Source: Escherichia coli phage phiS. From it: DNA of 64,000 nt. This document shows, one piece after another, positions 37,761 to 46,830 of this stretch. The stretch is taken from sequence record PP449093.1; one strand, written 5' to 3'. Under the pieces are notes generated by a model, which was given only the letters and a program-made list of their open reading frames with translations, searched no databases and was not told where the DNA came from. Position numbers and translations under genes: made by a program. Each line of letters begins with the position of its first letter. The first letter of the stretch is position 1.

Positions 37761-38233
37761 TATATTTTGTCGATTTAGATTTTACGATCACAGATCCAAC
37801 GCATCGACTAGCAAAGATGCCAACCGAAAATCTTGATAAAGTCGAGTCGTGGATCGAATATAACAAGGCATGTGGGGGAGATTCCCCCATTTACGATGTA
37901 ATTCGTGTTATTAATGCTCTTTCCGACAACGGGCATTTGATTTACATCCTCACCGGACGAAGTTCACATGCTTACATGGAAACAATTGATTGGTTAATTT
38001 CTAACGGGGTGTGTTTTGATAAAATCTTTATGAGAGGCCGTACCGATTCCCGTAAAGACTATCACATCAAATTAGAGGTAATTAAATCCTTTGATAAAGA
38101 TGAAGTTGTCGGAGTCTTTGAGGATAACCCAGAAGTGATTAAAGTTTTGCGTGAAAATGGTTATCGTGTCTTTGACGTAGGAAATCACAAAGATAAGACG
38201 CGAGCGGATATTGCAAATCACGGTCATGATTAA
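37757..38233 (+). CDS. HAD-superfamily phosphatase (stand-alone, resembles the Pnk phosphatase domain)
   Basis: DLDFT (DxDxT), ILTGR, K, FEDNPEV motifs; aligns by eye with the C-terminal domain of the Pnk at 41735. Confidence 0.6.
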   Translation: MIYFVDLDFTITDPTHRLAKMPTENLDKVESWIEYNKACGGDSPIYDVIRVINALSDNGHLIYILTGRSSHAYMETIDWLISNGVCFDKIFMRGRTDSRKDYHIKLEVIKSFDKDEVVGVFEDNPEVIKVLRENGYRVFDVGNHKDKTRADIANHGHD

Positions 38234-38244
38234 TGTTTGTTCAA

Positions 38245-38270
38245 AGTCGCCCATAGTGGCGACTTTTTTT
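38245..38270 (+). terminator. rho-independent terminator
   Basis: AGTCGCC-CATAGTG-GCGACT followed by TTTTTTT. Confidence 0.7.
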
Positions 38271-38281
38271 GTTATTGGGTG

Positions 38282-38310
38282 TTGACAATCGGATCGTGGT
38301 ATAGCATAAT
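38282..38310 (+). promoter_or_regulatory. early promoter cassette (TTGACA, 17 nt spacer, CATAAT)
   Basis: Conserved GCACCCATCGAAACGGAGGA leader. Confidence 0.65.
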
Positions 38311-38334
38311 GCACCCATCGAAACGGAGGAACAT

Positions 38335-38553
38335 ATGGAAACAGAAGAACAAGTCATTGCATATTTTCATCGTAAAAAGATGAAACTTAGAATCGAAAAA
38401 CAGTACATCAATCACTACATTGACCAAGTTCACTTAACAAGTACACCTTACCTATTCCGGTTGATAAACCCTAGAAAACGGTGGGAGAAGTTGGATAGAA
38501 ACACAAAAATAATTGATAAGCTCACCCAATGGTGGAATGAATACAACAAGTAA
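38335..38553 (+). CDS. hypothetical early protein (72 aa)
   Basis: ORF after promoter cassette. Confidence 0.6.
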   Translation: METEEQVIAYFHRKKMKLRIEKQYINHYIDQVHLTSTPYLFRLINPRKRWEKLDRNTKIIDKLTQWWNEYNK

Positions 38554-38560
38554 AAAGTAG

Positions 38561-38589
38561 TTGACACTGAATAACGGGGGTAGTAAGAT
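38561..38589 (+). promoter_or_regulatory. early promoter cassette with GGGGGTAGTAAGATACTCCC hairpin
   Basis: TTGACA, 17 nt spacer, TAAGAT. Confidence 0.65.
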
Positions 38590-38622
38590 ACTCCCATCGA
38601 AACGAAACAAAGGAGAATCAAA

Positions 38623-38841
38623 ATGAAATTTACTTGCACCGACTCTATCAACAAACACTTTGTAGTGGGCGAAGTATACGAATCTACTACTATTCGTCAA
38701 CGTGACCTGATGGGTCGCCTTTACAATCAGCCAGTATTCATTATTGGTGAAGAATTGTTCTACATTGAAAACCGTCCGTGGGTTGCTTTCAATAAACGAG
38801 GACGCAAGGTAGCAAAATTCGAACTTGTCATTAAAAAGTAG
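38623..38841 (+). CDS. hypothetical early protein (72 aa)
   Basis: ORF after promoter cassette. Confidence 0.6.
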   Translation: MKFTCTDSINKHFVVGEVYESTTIRQRDLMGRLYNQPVFIIGEELFYIENRPWVAFNKRGRKVAKFELVIKK

Positions 38842-38870
38842 TTGACAGCATATCACGGGAGTAGTAAGAT
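38842..38870 (+). promoter_or_regulatory. early promoter cassette with GGGAGTAGTAAGATACTCCC hairpin
   Basis: TTGACA, 17 nt spacer, TAAGAT. Confidence 0.65.
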
Positions 38871-38903
38871 ACTCCCATACCAAAACAACTAAGGAGTATC
38901 AAG

Positions 38904-39302
38904 ATGATTAAATTTCAAACTCGCAAAGACGTTCTGGACTTCGTTAAAGTTTTCGGTTACGCTGCATTGCAACATGCAATGGACAAAATGACCATCTCCC
39001 CAGATCAGACTATGCTGATCCGTATGGTTAAAGCAACCGCCTACAAAAACGACATTACCCTCTCAGAAATCAACGACGGTAATACTGTCCGCGAGGTAAT
39101 TGTTTCTTTCGAATCACCGAAAATTGGCGGTTTTCATACCACGATGTTAGGTGAAATCACTGTCACTGTATACGGGCAAGGTGGCGGAGTGTTTACCGTC
39201 AAAGAAGCAATGGAAAATGGAACGCTGAACAAAGAAAAACTGGAATTTGTCCTGAAAATCATCAAGGAGCGTAACGAAGCTCGCGATATTCTGGAAAGTT
39301 AA
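38904..39302 (+). CDS. hypothetical early protein (132 aa)
   Basis: ORF after promoter cassette. Confidence 0.6.
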   Translation: MIKFQTRKDVLDFVKVFGYAALQHAMDKMTISPDQTMLIRMVKATAYKNDITLSEINDGNTVREVIVSFESPKIGGFHTTMLGEITVTVYGQGGGVFTVKEAMENGTLNKEKLEFVLKIIKERNEARDILES

Positions 39303-39309
39303 TAAGGTG

Positions 39310-39335
39310 GGCGGGAGAAATCCCGCCTTTGTTGT
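39310..39335 (+). terminator. terminator-like hairpin
   Basis: GGCGGGA-GAAA-TCCCGCC followed by TTTGTTGT. Confidence 0.55.
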
Positions 39336-39352
39336 GACGTGAGGAAAGGATA

Positions 39353-39814
39353 ATGATTAATGAGCTAATAGAAAACTATGGATTCGTTAAATATTCATGT
39401 TTAGAGTGTAAAGATGGTGATGTGATTCTACCGCCTCAGAAGAACCGTTTAAATGTTCTTTACGCTATTGTTGTTGATGATGAACTGGTATACATTGGTC
39501 AGACTGTTAATCTCAGAAAGCGGATCAATTATTACCGGACTAGCATTAACAGACAAACACCAACAGCGGATACTCGCAAGAGTAAGAATATTCATAAGGC
39601 GCTAGAGGAAGGTAAGACAGTAACATTCTATTACCGACAGTGCTTTGAGTTGTACATCGAGAATCCAACGGGTAAGGATATTATAAGCACTGCCGATATC
39701 GAAGAACCTGTTTTGATCACCAAATTTAAACCAGAATGGAACACAAATTATGTCAACAAAAGAAAACAACAAAAAAGTTTTAGCATTGTTCAAAAATCTG
39801 ATGGTACTATGTGA
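39353..39814 (+). CDS. denA: endonuclease II
   Basis: Resembles T4 DenA (YAI...DELVYIG.T.NLRKRINYYRT.INR, EG..V.FY.RQCF). Confidence 0.85.
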   Translation: MINELIENYGFVKYSCLECKDGDVILPPQKNRLNVLYAIVVDDELVYIGQTVNLRKRINYYRTSINRQTPTADTRKSKNIHKALEEGKTVTFYYRQCFELYIENPTGKDIISTADIEEPVLITKFKPEWNTNYVNKRKQQKSFSIVQKSDGTM

Positions 39815-40919
39815 CGGATCTGATACGTTCTATTACAAAGATGAAATTACGGCGATGCAAACCCGTATGCGCATTTTTAGCTATCTGTACTTGAGCAAAC
39901 CGGAAATGTGGAATAAACCAGATGCGTTAGAGTGTCGCGGGATCATGTTTGAAATTGACGATAAAGGTCGTCCGGTCCGCATCGCATCTCGTCCTATGGA
40001 GAAGTTTTTTAATTTGGGTGAGAATGATCGCGCTCGCTTTAAGCCGGAAGATGTGGAAATGGTCATGGACAAAATGGACGGTAGTCTAGTAAGTACATAC
40101 ATTGATAACGGCTATGTTCAGTTGAAGTCTAAAGCGGCCTTGTACTCAAGCCAGGCAGAGAGAGCAAACGGTCTTCTGTATTCAGAGAAGTATGCGGATC
40201 TACGCGCTAAGATTGCTGATATTGGGTCTGATTATACTTTCAACTTTGAATATACAGCGCCCAGCAACCGAATTGTTGTAGAATATTCTGAACCGTCGCT
40301 AACACTTCTGAATGTACGCCATAACGTCACAGGAGAGTATGTACCGCATCAAATGCTATTCGCTGATGCAATCCTACGTCCTCATCTGGTAAATGCGTTA
40401 CAGGTTGATTCAGCGCGTTTTAGCAATATTCTTGATGAAGTTCGGATCGCAGAAGGTATCGAAGGAATTGTTGCACGCACTAAAGACGGTCAAATGTTCA
40501 AAGTGAAGAGTGAATGGTATATTGGTGTGCATAACATTAAAAACACATCGATGTTTCCTAATAACCTGATCTACTATGTAGTAGAAAGTGAAACCGATGA
40601 TTTGCGTGCTGCATATGAAGGCGAACCGGAAGCACTGGAACGAATCGAGCTATTCGAGGAAGCATTCAGGTCTATTCTTCGCAATGCCTTCACGACAGCA
40701 ACAGAATTTTATAACGCACACGCGGGAGAAGACAGAAAGACATATGCATCCAATGCGACTATCGAATCACGTAAACATGGTGATGCACAAGCATATATTT
40801 TCATGTGTCTGATGATTGCATTTGATGGTCTTGATTATGACCGTATTCTGGATTCAATGAAAACTTACTATCTACGGAATTATAAGAAACTGATTCCGGC
40901 TGATAAGATTGATTGGTAA
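39750..40919 (+). CDS. rnlA: RNA ligase 1 (T4 gene 63 type)
   Basis: RIFSY.Y, PDALECRGIMFE, RIASRPMEKFFNL.EN, KxDGSLVSTY nucleotidyl-transferase motif; exact start uncertain, overlaps denA. Confidence 0.8.
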   Translation: MSTKENNKKVLALFKNLMVLCDGSDTFYYKDEITAMQTRMRIFSYLYLSKPEMWNKPDALECRGIMFEIDDKGRPVRIASRPMEKFFNLGENDRARFKPEDVEMVMDKMDGSLVSTYIDNGYVQLKSKAALYSSQAERANGLLYSEKYADLRAKIADIGSDYTFNFEYTAPSNRIVVEYSEPSLTLLNVRHNVTGEYVPHQMLFADAILRPHLVNALQVDSARFSNILDEVRIAEGIEGIVARTKDGQMFKVKSEWYIGVHNIKNTSMFPNNLIYYVVESETDDLRAAYEGEPEALERIELFEEAFRSILRNAFTTATEFYNAHAGEDRKTYASNATIESRKHGDAQAYIFMCLMIAFDGLDYDRILDSMKTYYLRNYKKLIPADKIDW

Positions 40920-40925
40920 TAATAA

Positions 40926-40948
40926 GCGGGGCTAGTTCCCGCCTTTTG
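40926..40948 (+). terminator. terminator-like hairpin
   Basis: GCGGG-GCTAGTT-CCCGC followed by CTTTTGTC. Confidence 0.5.
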
Positions 40949-40962
40949 TCGTTGGGGGTAAT

Positions 40963-41286
40963 ATGTCAAAGCTGATATACATTGTTATCATCTCTGTCTT
41001 GCTAGGGGTAGGTGGTAATATGTGGTGGGAAAATAAAAAGGAGGTAGATCGACTGAATCAGGAATTTACAGAGTATAAGAAAAAGACAGATGAAAAGATG
41101 AAGATTGTAGACTCGCTACAAAAGGAGATGTACGGAATAAGAACTAAGTTTGCAGAAGAACAAAACAAAGCAATGAAAGACGCTACACGAGGCTATGTAG
41201 TAGCACAAAAACCCAAGTTGGTAGAGAAACAGCTTAATGACTCATTTAAGGAGTTTACCGAAGAATTAAAGGAGGCTACTAAATGA
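40963..41286 (+). CDS. inner-membrane spanin candidate (Rz-like)
   Basis: N-terminal TM segment then coiled-coil-rich periplasmic region; immediately upstream of a lipoprotein ORF and pseT, as T4 pseT.3. Confidence 0.55.
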   Translation: MSKLIYIVIISVLLGVGGNMWWENKKEVDRLNQEFTEYKKKTDEKMKIVDSLQKEMYGIRTKFAEEQNKAMKDATRGYVVAQKPKLVEKQLNDSFKEFTEELKEATK

Positions 41287-41735
41287 GCATAGAAATATTG
41301 CATACACAAGATCAGATAAGCAATTTTAATCTGGTTGATTATCTGGGGATAGGTGCAAGCATTATTATCCTGATGGTGTTTTCAATTTTCGTGATACACT
41401 GGATGTTTAAGAAAGCACATAAGAATTTTCAGACCGCCATAATCCATGTCTTCGCTGTGCCTATTGTATTTGCGCTTTCTTCGTGTACACTGGACCATTA
41501 TTCACAGGAACCGAAATTACATCCTCCACTACCAGCACCAATAGAAAAAGTTGACATTGACCTGAAAGTGGATACAATAGACGGTAAACCTAGAGTTTCT
41601 ATGTCGTGGGAGGACTCCCAAAAATTCAGAGTCTGGCTTGCGGATATTAAGAGATATACACTTGAAAGTAAGTTGATCATGTGTTATTATCGAAAAGAAC
41701 TTAATGAGGAACGGTGCAAACCGAAGGAGAAATAA
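41283..41735 (+). CDS. outer-membrane spanin candidate (lipoprotein; alternative start 41403)
   Basis: Internal Met at 41403 gives signal peptide plus lipobox ALSSC and a Pro-rich mature region; the longer frame from 41283 adds an N-terminal TM segment. Confidence 0.5.
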   Translation: MSIEILHTQDQISNFNLVDYLGIGASIIILMVFSIFVIHWMFKKAHKNFQTAIIHVFAVPIVFALSSCTLDHYSQEPKLHPPLPAPIEKVDIDLKVDTIDGKPRVSMSWEDSQKFRVWLADIKRYTLESKLIMCYYRKELNEERCKPKEK

Positions 41736-42613
41736 TGCCGAAATGTGAAGTGATTTTAACCGTTGGTTGTTCTGGGTCCGGTAAAACTACATGGGCTATG
41801 GAAACGTGTAAACGGTTTAGTAATTATCGTAATGTGAATCGCGATGATCTTCGTCTTATGTTGTTTGGTGTTGACTCACATTTGAAATACAAGTATACTA
41901 AGGAAAAAGAAAAACTGGTAGAGTCTATTCAGAGAATGATTGCTCGTGAGACTCTATCACGCGGTTTGAGTATCATTATCTCCGATACCAACCTGAAAGA
42001 AAAACATCGTGTATTCTACAAAGAACTTGCAAAAGAATTTAACGCGGTGTATACTGAACAAGTGTTCAATGAACCGTTTGAGACACTAAAGAAACGTAAT
42101 TTCTATCGCGGCGAGAAAGCAATTCCACTTTCTCATTTGCGTAACCAATTTTATCTGATGCAGGAATATATGGGTCAAGAAGTATACAAACCGAATACCA
42201 TGCTGCCGAAGGCAGTGATCTTTGATATTGATGGAACATTAGCGGATAAGGGCGGTCGTCATCCGTTTGACTGGACAAAGGTCAAAGAAGATAAACCTCG
42301 TCCGCAAGTGATCGAAATGCTTAAACTGTATCGTGATAATGGCTATCGTATCATTACATGCTCAGGGCGTGAGGATGTTTGCGAAGAAGATACTCTGCAA
42401 TGGTTGCGTGAACAGGGTATTGAACCGAGTGATCACTTTCAACGTGAAACTAATGATCGTCGTCCTGATCATGAAGTGAAGAAAGAGATTTTCTTCTCTG
42501 AAATTGCACCGCGTTATCATGTTGTGTTGGCAGTAGATGATCGTGATCAAGTGGTTGACATGTACCGCTCAATTGGTGTAGAATGTTTTCAGGTTAACTA
42601 CGGAGACTTTTAA
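41735..42613 (+). CDS. pseT: polynucleotide 5 prime-kinase / 3 prime-phosphatase
   Basis: P-loop GCSGSGKTT, NRDD, then HAD domain AVIFDIDGTLA...SGRE...DDRDQVV; resembles T4 Pnk; ATG after AAGGAGA. Confidence 0.9.
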   Translation: MPKCEVILTVGCSGSGKTTWAMETCKRFSNYRNVNRDDLRLMLFGVDSHLKYKYTKEKEKLVESIQRMIARETLSRGLSIIISDTNLKEKHRVFYKELAKEFNAVYTEQVFNEPFETLKKRNFYRGEKAIPLSHLRNQFYLMQEYMGQEVYKPNTMLPKAVIFDIDGTLADKGGRHPFDWTKVKEDKPRPQVIEMLKLYRDNGYRIITCSGREDVCEEDTLQWLREQGIEPSDHFQRETNDRRPDHEVKKEIFFSEIAPRYHVVLAVDDRDQVVDMYRSIGVECFQVNYGDF

Positions 42614-42816
42614 TGTTTACCGATAAAATCAAGCAATTAGGCGAAGCACTTGCTAAACGTGGTTTTAGTGTTGATATTGAACCAGCGCCAGTTATGCCGT
42701 TTAGCGATGAACGTCGCAGTGTATATGTCATCATGAGAAATAATCATGGTGTGAATACATTCAATGTAAAACAGTATAGCGACGGATCAGTAGAATACTT
42801 TCGCGTATACGGTTAA
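42613..42816 (+). CDS. hypothetical protein (67 aa)
   Basis: TAATG overlap with pseT. Confidence 0.5.
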   Translation: MFTDKIKQLGEALAKRGFSVDIEPAPVMPFSDERRSVYVIMRNNHGVNTFNVKQYSDGSVEYFRVYG

Positions 42817-42837
42817 TTAATATGTGAGGATTATATT

Positions 42838-43344
42838 ATGTTGTCACAAACTTACATGCAGATCGCCTATCTGATCGCAAAGAACTCTAAATGTGTTTCG
42901 TGGAAGGTAGGCGCACTGATCGAAAAAGACGGGCGAATCATTTCTACTGGATTTAACGGAACTCCAGCAGGGCAAGTAAATTGTAGCTGTCATGCACATA
43001 AAAACGGTTGGCTGGATGATGACGGCAAAATGATCCCAGAAAAACGACCAGAGCATAGTGCATGGTCACAGAAAAACGAGATCCATGCTGAATTAAATGC
43101 TATTTTGTTTGCTGCCCGTAGCGGTGTATCGATTGAAGGCGCTAGTATGTGGTGTACTGCTTCACCGTGTCCAGATTGCGCTAAAGCAATTGCAAACAGT
43201 GGAATTAAACATTTATACTATTGCGACACATATGATCGAAATGGTGGGCGTGATTGGGCTGATATTTTGGATAAAGCCGACATTACGGTTACGCGTATTC
43301 CAAAAGCATTATTGGCTGATTTGAAGGGTATTGATAATGACTGA
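42838..43344 (+). CDS. cd: dCMP deaminase
   Basis: Resembles T4 Cd (SKC.SWKVGA.IEK.GRIISTG.NG.PAG, HAELNAILFAAR.G.SIEGA.M..T.SPCPDCAKAIA.SGIK). Confidence 0.9.
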   Translation: MLSQTYMQIAYLIAKNSKCVSWKVGALIEKDGRIISTGFNGTPAGQVNCSCHAHKNGWLDDDGKMIPEKRPEHSAWSQKNEIHAELNAILFAARSGVSIEGASMWCTASPCPDCAKAIANSGIKHLYYCDTYDRNGGRDWADILDKADITVTRIPKALLADLKGIDND

Positions 43345-43657
43345 ACAAATTGATAATATCGCACTTCGTGAAGCACTCAAGAAAATGTTTTCGGTCGGTA
43401 CTCACTCTTTGCAGTTTACTAAGAAAGATGGTACTGTCCGTGAGATGATCGCCACGCGAGATCCGGCACTGATGCCGTTTGAAACATACGAAAAGTGGTT
43501 AGTTCCTAATGTTGAAAAACCGCGTAAAGAATCAGAAACATCTTTGCCAGTATATGAAATTGCAGTTGAAGGTTTCCGTAGTTTTGGGCTTGATAGTCTG
43601 ATTAATGTAGATGGATTGACTCCAGCGCAGATCATCGAAATGTACGGTGGTAGTTGA
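43337..43657 (+). CDS. hypothetical protein (106 aa)
   Basis: ATG inside ORF-track 43331..43657 (track start TTG). Confidence 0.5.
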   Translation: MTEQIDNIALREALKKMFSVGTHSLQFTKKDGTVREMIATRDPALMPFETYEKWLVPNVEKPRKESETSLPVYEIAVEGFRSFGLDSLINVDGLTPAQIIEMYGGS

Positions 43658-43659
43658 CA

Positions 43660-44271
43660 ATGGAAATAAAAGATGATAATATCATATTACCAGCACCGGA
43701 AGAATGGAGACAAGCTGTAGGTTATCCGTGGTATGAAATCTCTAATTATGGTAGATTGAGATCTATTGACCGAAATATCGAATTTTATAGAGAAGTTTCT
43801 CCTGGTAATATTAAGCTAGTAAAACAAAAACGTGCTGGTAAAATAATAAAACCGATTTTAGACCGATATGGGTATTATTATTCAACACTGTCAAAACAAA
43901 AAGACAATGGTAAAATCTCAGTTAAAGCCGAAAAGATACATCGACTTGTAGCAAATGCATTTCTAGGAGACGTTACCGGACTGGAGGTTAACCACATCAA
44001 TGGTGTAAAAACCTGCAATTATGTGTGGAATTTAGAAATAGTAACCTTACTAGAAAATATGAGACATTCATTTAGAACTGGACTCAATAACAATGTTGGT
44101 GAAAACCACTCACGGGCAAAACTGACAAATGCGCAAGTCGAAGAAATAATGCGACTCAAAGGAAAGGTTAAGAAGCAAATTATAGCCGATATGTTTAATG
44201 TTTCTTATTGTTGTATAGCGCAAATACATTCTGGTCTGCGGCGAAATCCAAAGGTCGCTAAATATAAATAA
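43660..44271 (+). CDS. HNH homing endonuclease (NUMOD4/HNH_3-like)
   Basis: WYEISNYGRLRS and VNHINGVKTCNYVWNLEIVT motifs. Confidence 0.7.
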   Translation: MEIKDDNIILPAPEEWRQAVGYPWYEISNYGRLRSIDRNIEFYREVSPGNIKLVKQKRAGKIIKPILDRYGYYYSTLSKQKDNGKISVKAEKIHRLVANAFLGDVTGLEVNHINGVKTCNYVWNLEIVTLLENMRHSFRTGLNNNVGENHSRAKLTNAQVEEIMRLKGKVKKQIIADMFNVSYCCIAQIHSGLRRNPKVAKYK

Positions 44272-44307
44272 TTTACTATTGAACTGAATTGAAGAGGTAA
44301 GAAAATT

Positions 44308-44631
44308 ATGACCGTTAAAACTCCTAAAGCACTTGGTGACTATGTGATCATTGAAGCTAAAGCGGAAAGCGCAGGGACCGAAGTAAAGAGCGACTTTGGT
44401 ATTATCATCGAACAAAAACGAACTATGGGAGAGATTCCTTTAGTCGGTAAGATTATTGATATCGGTGATAACGTTGATAAAGAATTGCTGGGTAAGACTG
44501 TATTGCTTCCTCATGGGAAACTTAATAAAGTTCCTCATCCAGACGTTATTAACGGCGTTAAGAAGGAAGAAGAGATCGACCTGAAATGGACTGTAACACA
44601 CAAACAGAATATTGTGGTAGTTTACGGTTAA
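44308..44631 (+). CDS. 31: co-chaperonin GroES analog gp31
   Basis: 107-aa ORF at the T4 gene 31 locus (between cd and ligase); GroES-like pattern (GDYVII, mobile-loop-like segment). Confidence 0.65.
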   Translation: MTVKTPKALGDYVIIEAKAESAGTEVKSDFGIIIEQKRTMGEIPLVGKIIDIGDNVDKELLGKTVLLPHGKLNKVPHPDVINGVKKEEEIDLKWTVTHKQNIVVVYG

Positions 44632-44642
44632 TGATTTTAAAC

Positions 44643-44667
44643 GGCGGGAAATAATCCCGCCTATATT
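44643..44667 (+). terminator. terminator-like hairpin
   Basis: GGCGGGA-AATAA-TCCCGCC followed by TATATTTTG. Confidence 0.5.
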
Positions 44668-44713
44668 TTGGCTATATGATTTTGTAAGTTATTGATTATT
44701 AAGGAATTTTATT

Positions 44714-44878
44714 ATGAAAACTATGAATGTAAACATCCACGAAATCCATACCGAAGTATTCACCGATGAAGACCAGTTTGGTGTATGGGTAAATCCTCAT
44801 TCGATTACTATCGATATTCCTAATGACGATTATGATCCGTTCTCTCTGATTAGCGAGATTAGTTTCAATGACTTCTGA
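44714..44878 (+). CDS. hypothetical small protein (54 aa)
   Basis: ATG after AAGGAATTTTATT; below ORF-track cutoff. Confidence 0.4.
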   Translation: MKTMNVNIHEIHTEVFTDEDQFGVWVNPHSITIDIPNDDYDPFSLISEISFNDF

Positions 44879-45347
44879 AATTGATATCTATGCGGGTGGA
44901 CCTTATCCATCGGGTGAATTGAGTAATTTCAATAAAAGACCATTCCGTCTATTTGGTTGTGATATTAACAGCACAGAAGGATTTTTACAGGGGCTAAGAT
45001 TTAAGAACCCTCAGAGACAAAGAGAAATCTTTTTGATGCACGGTGGCAAAGCAAAAAGAACCGGAAGAACTGAAAAGATTGAGAATCACATGTTATATTT
45101 TCAGGGTCGCCAGATTCATCGAATGAGTGAGCATTATTACAGACTGGTACATCTGGCATTTGTTACGATGGCACGGAATAACCCAGAATTTTGTAAAGCA
45201 TTACTCGCTACAGGAAATAAGAAATTACGTCATAGCATAGGTGGAACTGATCCGTTAAAGACTATATTGACTGAATCGGAATTTTGTAGTATCCTCAATG
45301 ATATTCGTGAACGTTTAACAAAACGAGGTGAAAATGTCAATTCTTAA
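44868..45347 (+). CDS. NADAR (YbiA/DUF1768)-like protein
   Basis: GELSNF, STEGFLQGLRF and ALLATG...L.H segments resemble the NADAR fold family; by-eye assignment. Confidence 0.45.
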   Translation: MTSEIDIYAGGPYPSGELSNFNKRPFRLFGCDINSTEGFLQGLRFKNPQRQREIFLMHGGKAKRTGRTEKIENHMLYFQGRQIHRMSEHYYRLVHLAFVTMARNNPEFCKALLATGNKKLRHSIGGTDPLKTILTESEFCSILNDIRERLTKRGENVNS

Positions 45348-46830
45348 TATCATTAACCAGCTTGCAGCGACCGACAAAACATCGCTGAAAGAAAAGATCC
45401 TGAAAGAATCCGCAAGTAATGAAACTCTGAAAGAATGCTTTTATCTGGCATATTGCAAACAGGTTACGTTTGGCGTAAAGAAATACGATAAACCATCGCG
45501 TTATTCGTCTGTATTGTCTTTATCCGGTGCATTACAGGTCTTTAAAAATAAACTTGCCACGCGTCAAGTAACTGGTAATGCAGCATTACAGCTAGTTACC
45601 GATACTCTGACTTGCTTGTCAGAGGATGATGCTAAAGTTGCAATGATGGTCCTGAATCGTGATCTGGAGTGTGGTTGTTCCGCTACCACTGCAAACAAGG
45701 TATGGAAGAAACTGATCCCCCAGCAACCGTGCCACCTTGCATCGTCATGTTCTGATAAGACTATTGCCAATATCAAATATCCGGCGTATGCACAACTTAA
45801 AAGCGATGGCGCTCGTGGTATGGCTGATATTGACGGGGAAACATTAGCAATCTATACCCGCTCAGGTAATACCTATCAAGGGCTTGATGATTTGTTTGCG
45901 GTTTTAGAGCGTCTACGAGGCCGTGGAATTGTTCTAGATGGCGAATTGGTATATATGCCTACCCTTTCGCAAACACCAGCGCAGAACTTCGTTGAGAGCG
46001 TTTATGATGGTACTCTGTCATGGATATTTGAAGAAGAGGAAATGCCATTAACGCCAGTAGCGGAAGCAGTGAAAGAATCCGTTGTTGCAGATCGTCAGAC
46101 CGGAAATGGTATCCTCAACAAATCACTTAAAGGAACTATTCCAAAAGAAGAAGCCCAATGTATTGTTTACACTGTCTGGGATGTTATCGACCGTGATGTG
46201 TATTACGGAAACGAGAAAGCAACGAAGCAATATAAAGATCGATTCGAAGAACTAAAACAGATTGTTGAAGAACTTAACGATCCTCGTGTTCAGATAATCG
46301 AAAATACTGTAGTTAACAATATCGATGAAGCTCGCGAAGTATATCATCGCTATGTAAACATGGGATTAGAAGGCATTATCCTTAAAAATTTACATGGTGT
46401 ATTTGAAGATCGTCGCAGTAAAGATCAGGTTAAATTTAAAGAAGTGATTGACTTCGACGCGGAAATTGTTGATGTATATCCGCATAGTAAAGATCCTAAT
46501 AAGGTAGGCGGTTTTACTGTCCGTAGTGCGTGCGGACGAATGATGACTAACACCGGATCGGGATTGACCGACACCACAACCGAAAAAGGCGATGATGGTA
46601 TTGAACGTGTGATTCCGTTTGACCGTCGAAATGAACTTGACCGAGAAATGTTATGGGCTGACCGTCATAACCTGATTGGAAAAGTCATTGAGATGACATG
46701 CAACGGGTATATCCGCAGCAAATCACGTAAAGAAGATGAACCGGAGTTCTCTTTATTTCTCCCAATCATAAAACGTATTCGCTACGACAAGACCACTGCA
46801 AATACAGTAAAAGAGGTATTCGATGTGTGA
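45334..46830 (+). CDS. 30: ATP-dependent DNA ligase gp30
   Basis: Resembles T4 DNA ligase (AQLKSDGAR adenylation motif, LDGELVY, SLKGTI.KEEAQC, EGIILKN, KFKEVID.D, GGF). Confidence 0.9.
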   Translation: MSILNIINQLAATDKTSLKEKILKESASNETLKECFYLAYCKQVTFGVKKYDKPSRYSSVLSLSGALQVFKNKLATRQVTGNAALQLVTDTLTCLSEDDAKVAMMVLNRDLECGCSATTANKVWKKLIPQQPCHLASSCSDKTIANIKYPAYAQLKSDGARGMADIDGETLAIYTRSGNTYQGLDDLFAVLERLRGRGIVLDGELVYMPTLSQTPAQNFVESVYDGTLSWIFEEEEMPLTPVAEAVKESVVADRQTGNGILNKSLKGTIPKEEAQCIVYTVWDVIDRDVYYGNEKATKQYKDRFEELKQIVEELNDPRVQIIENTVVNNIDEAREVYHRYVNMGLEGIILKNLHGVFEDRRSKDQVKFKEVIDFDAEIVDVYPHSKDPNKVGGFTVRSACGRMMTNTGSGLTDTTTEKGDDGIERVIPFDRRNELDREMLWADRHNLIGKVIEMTCNGYIRSKSRKEDEPEFSLFLPIIKRIRYDKTTANTVKEVFDV

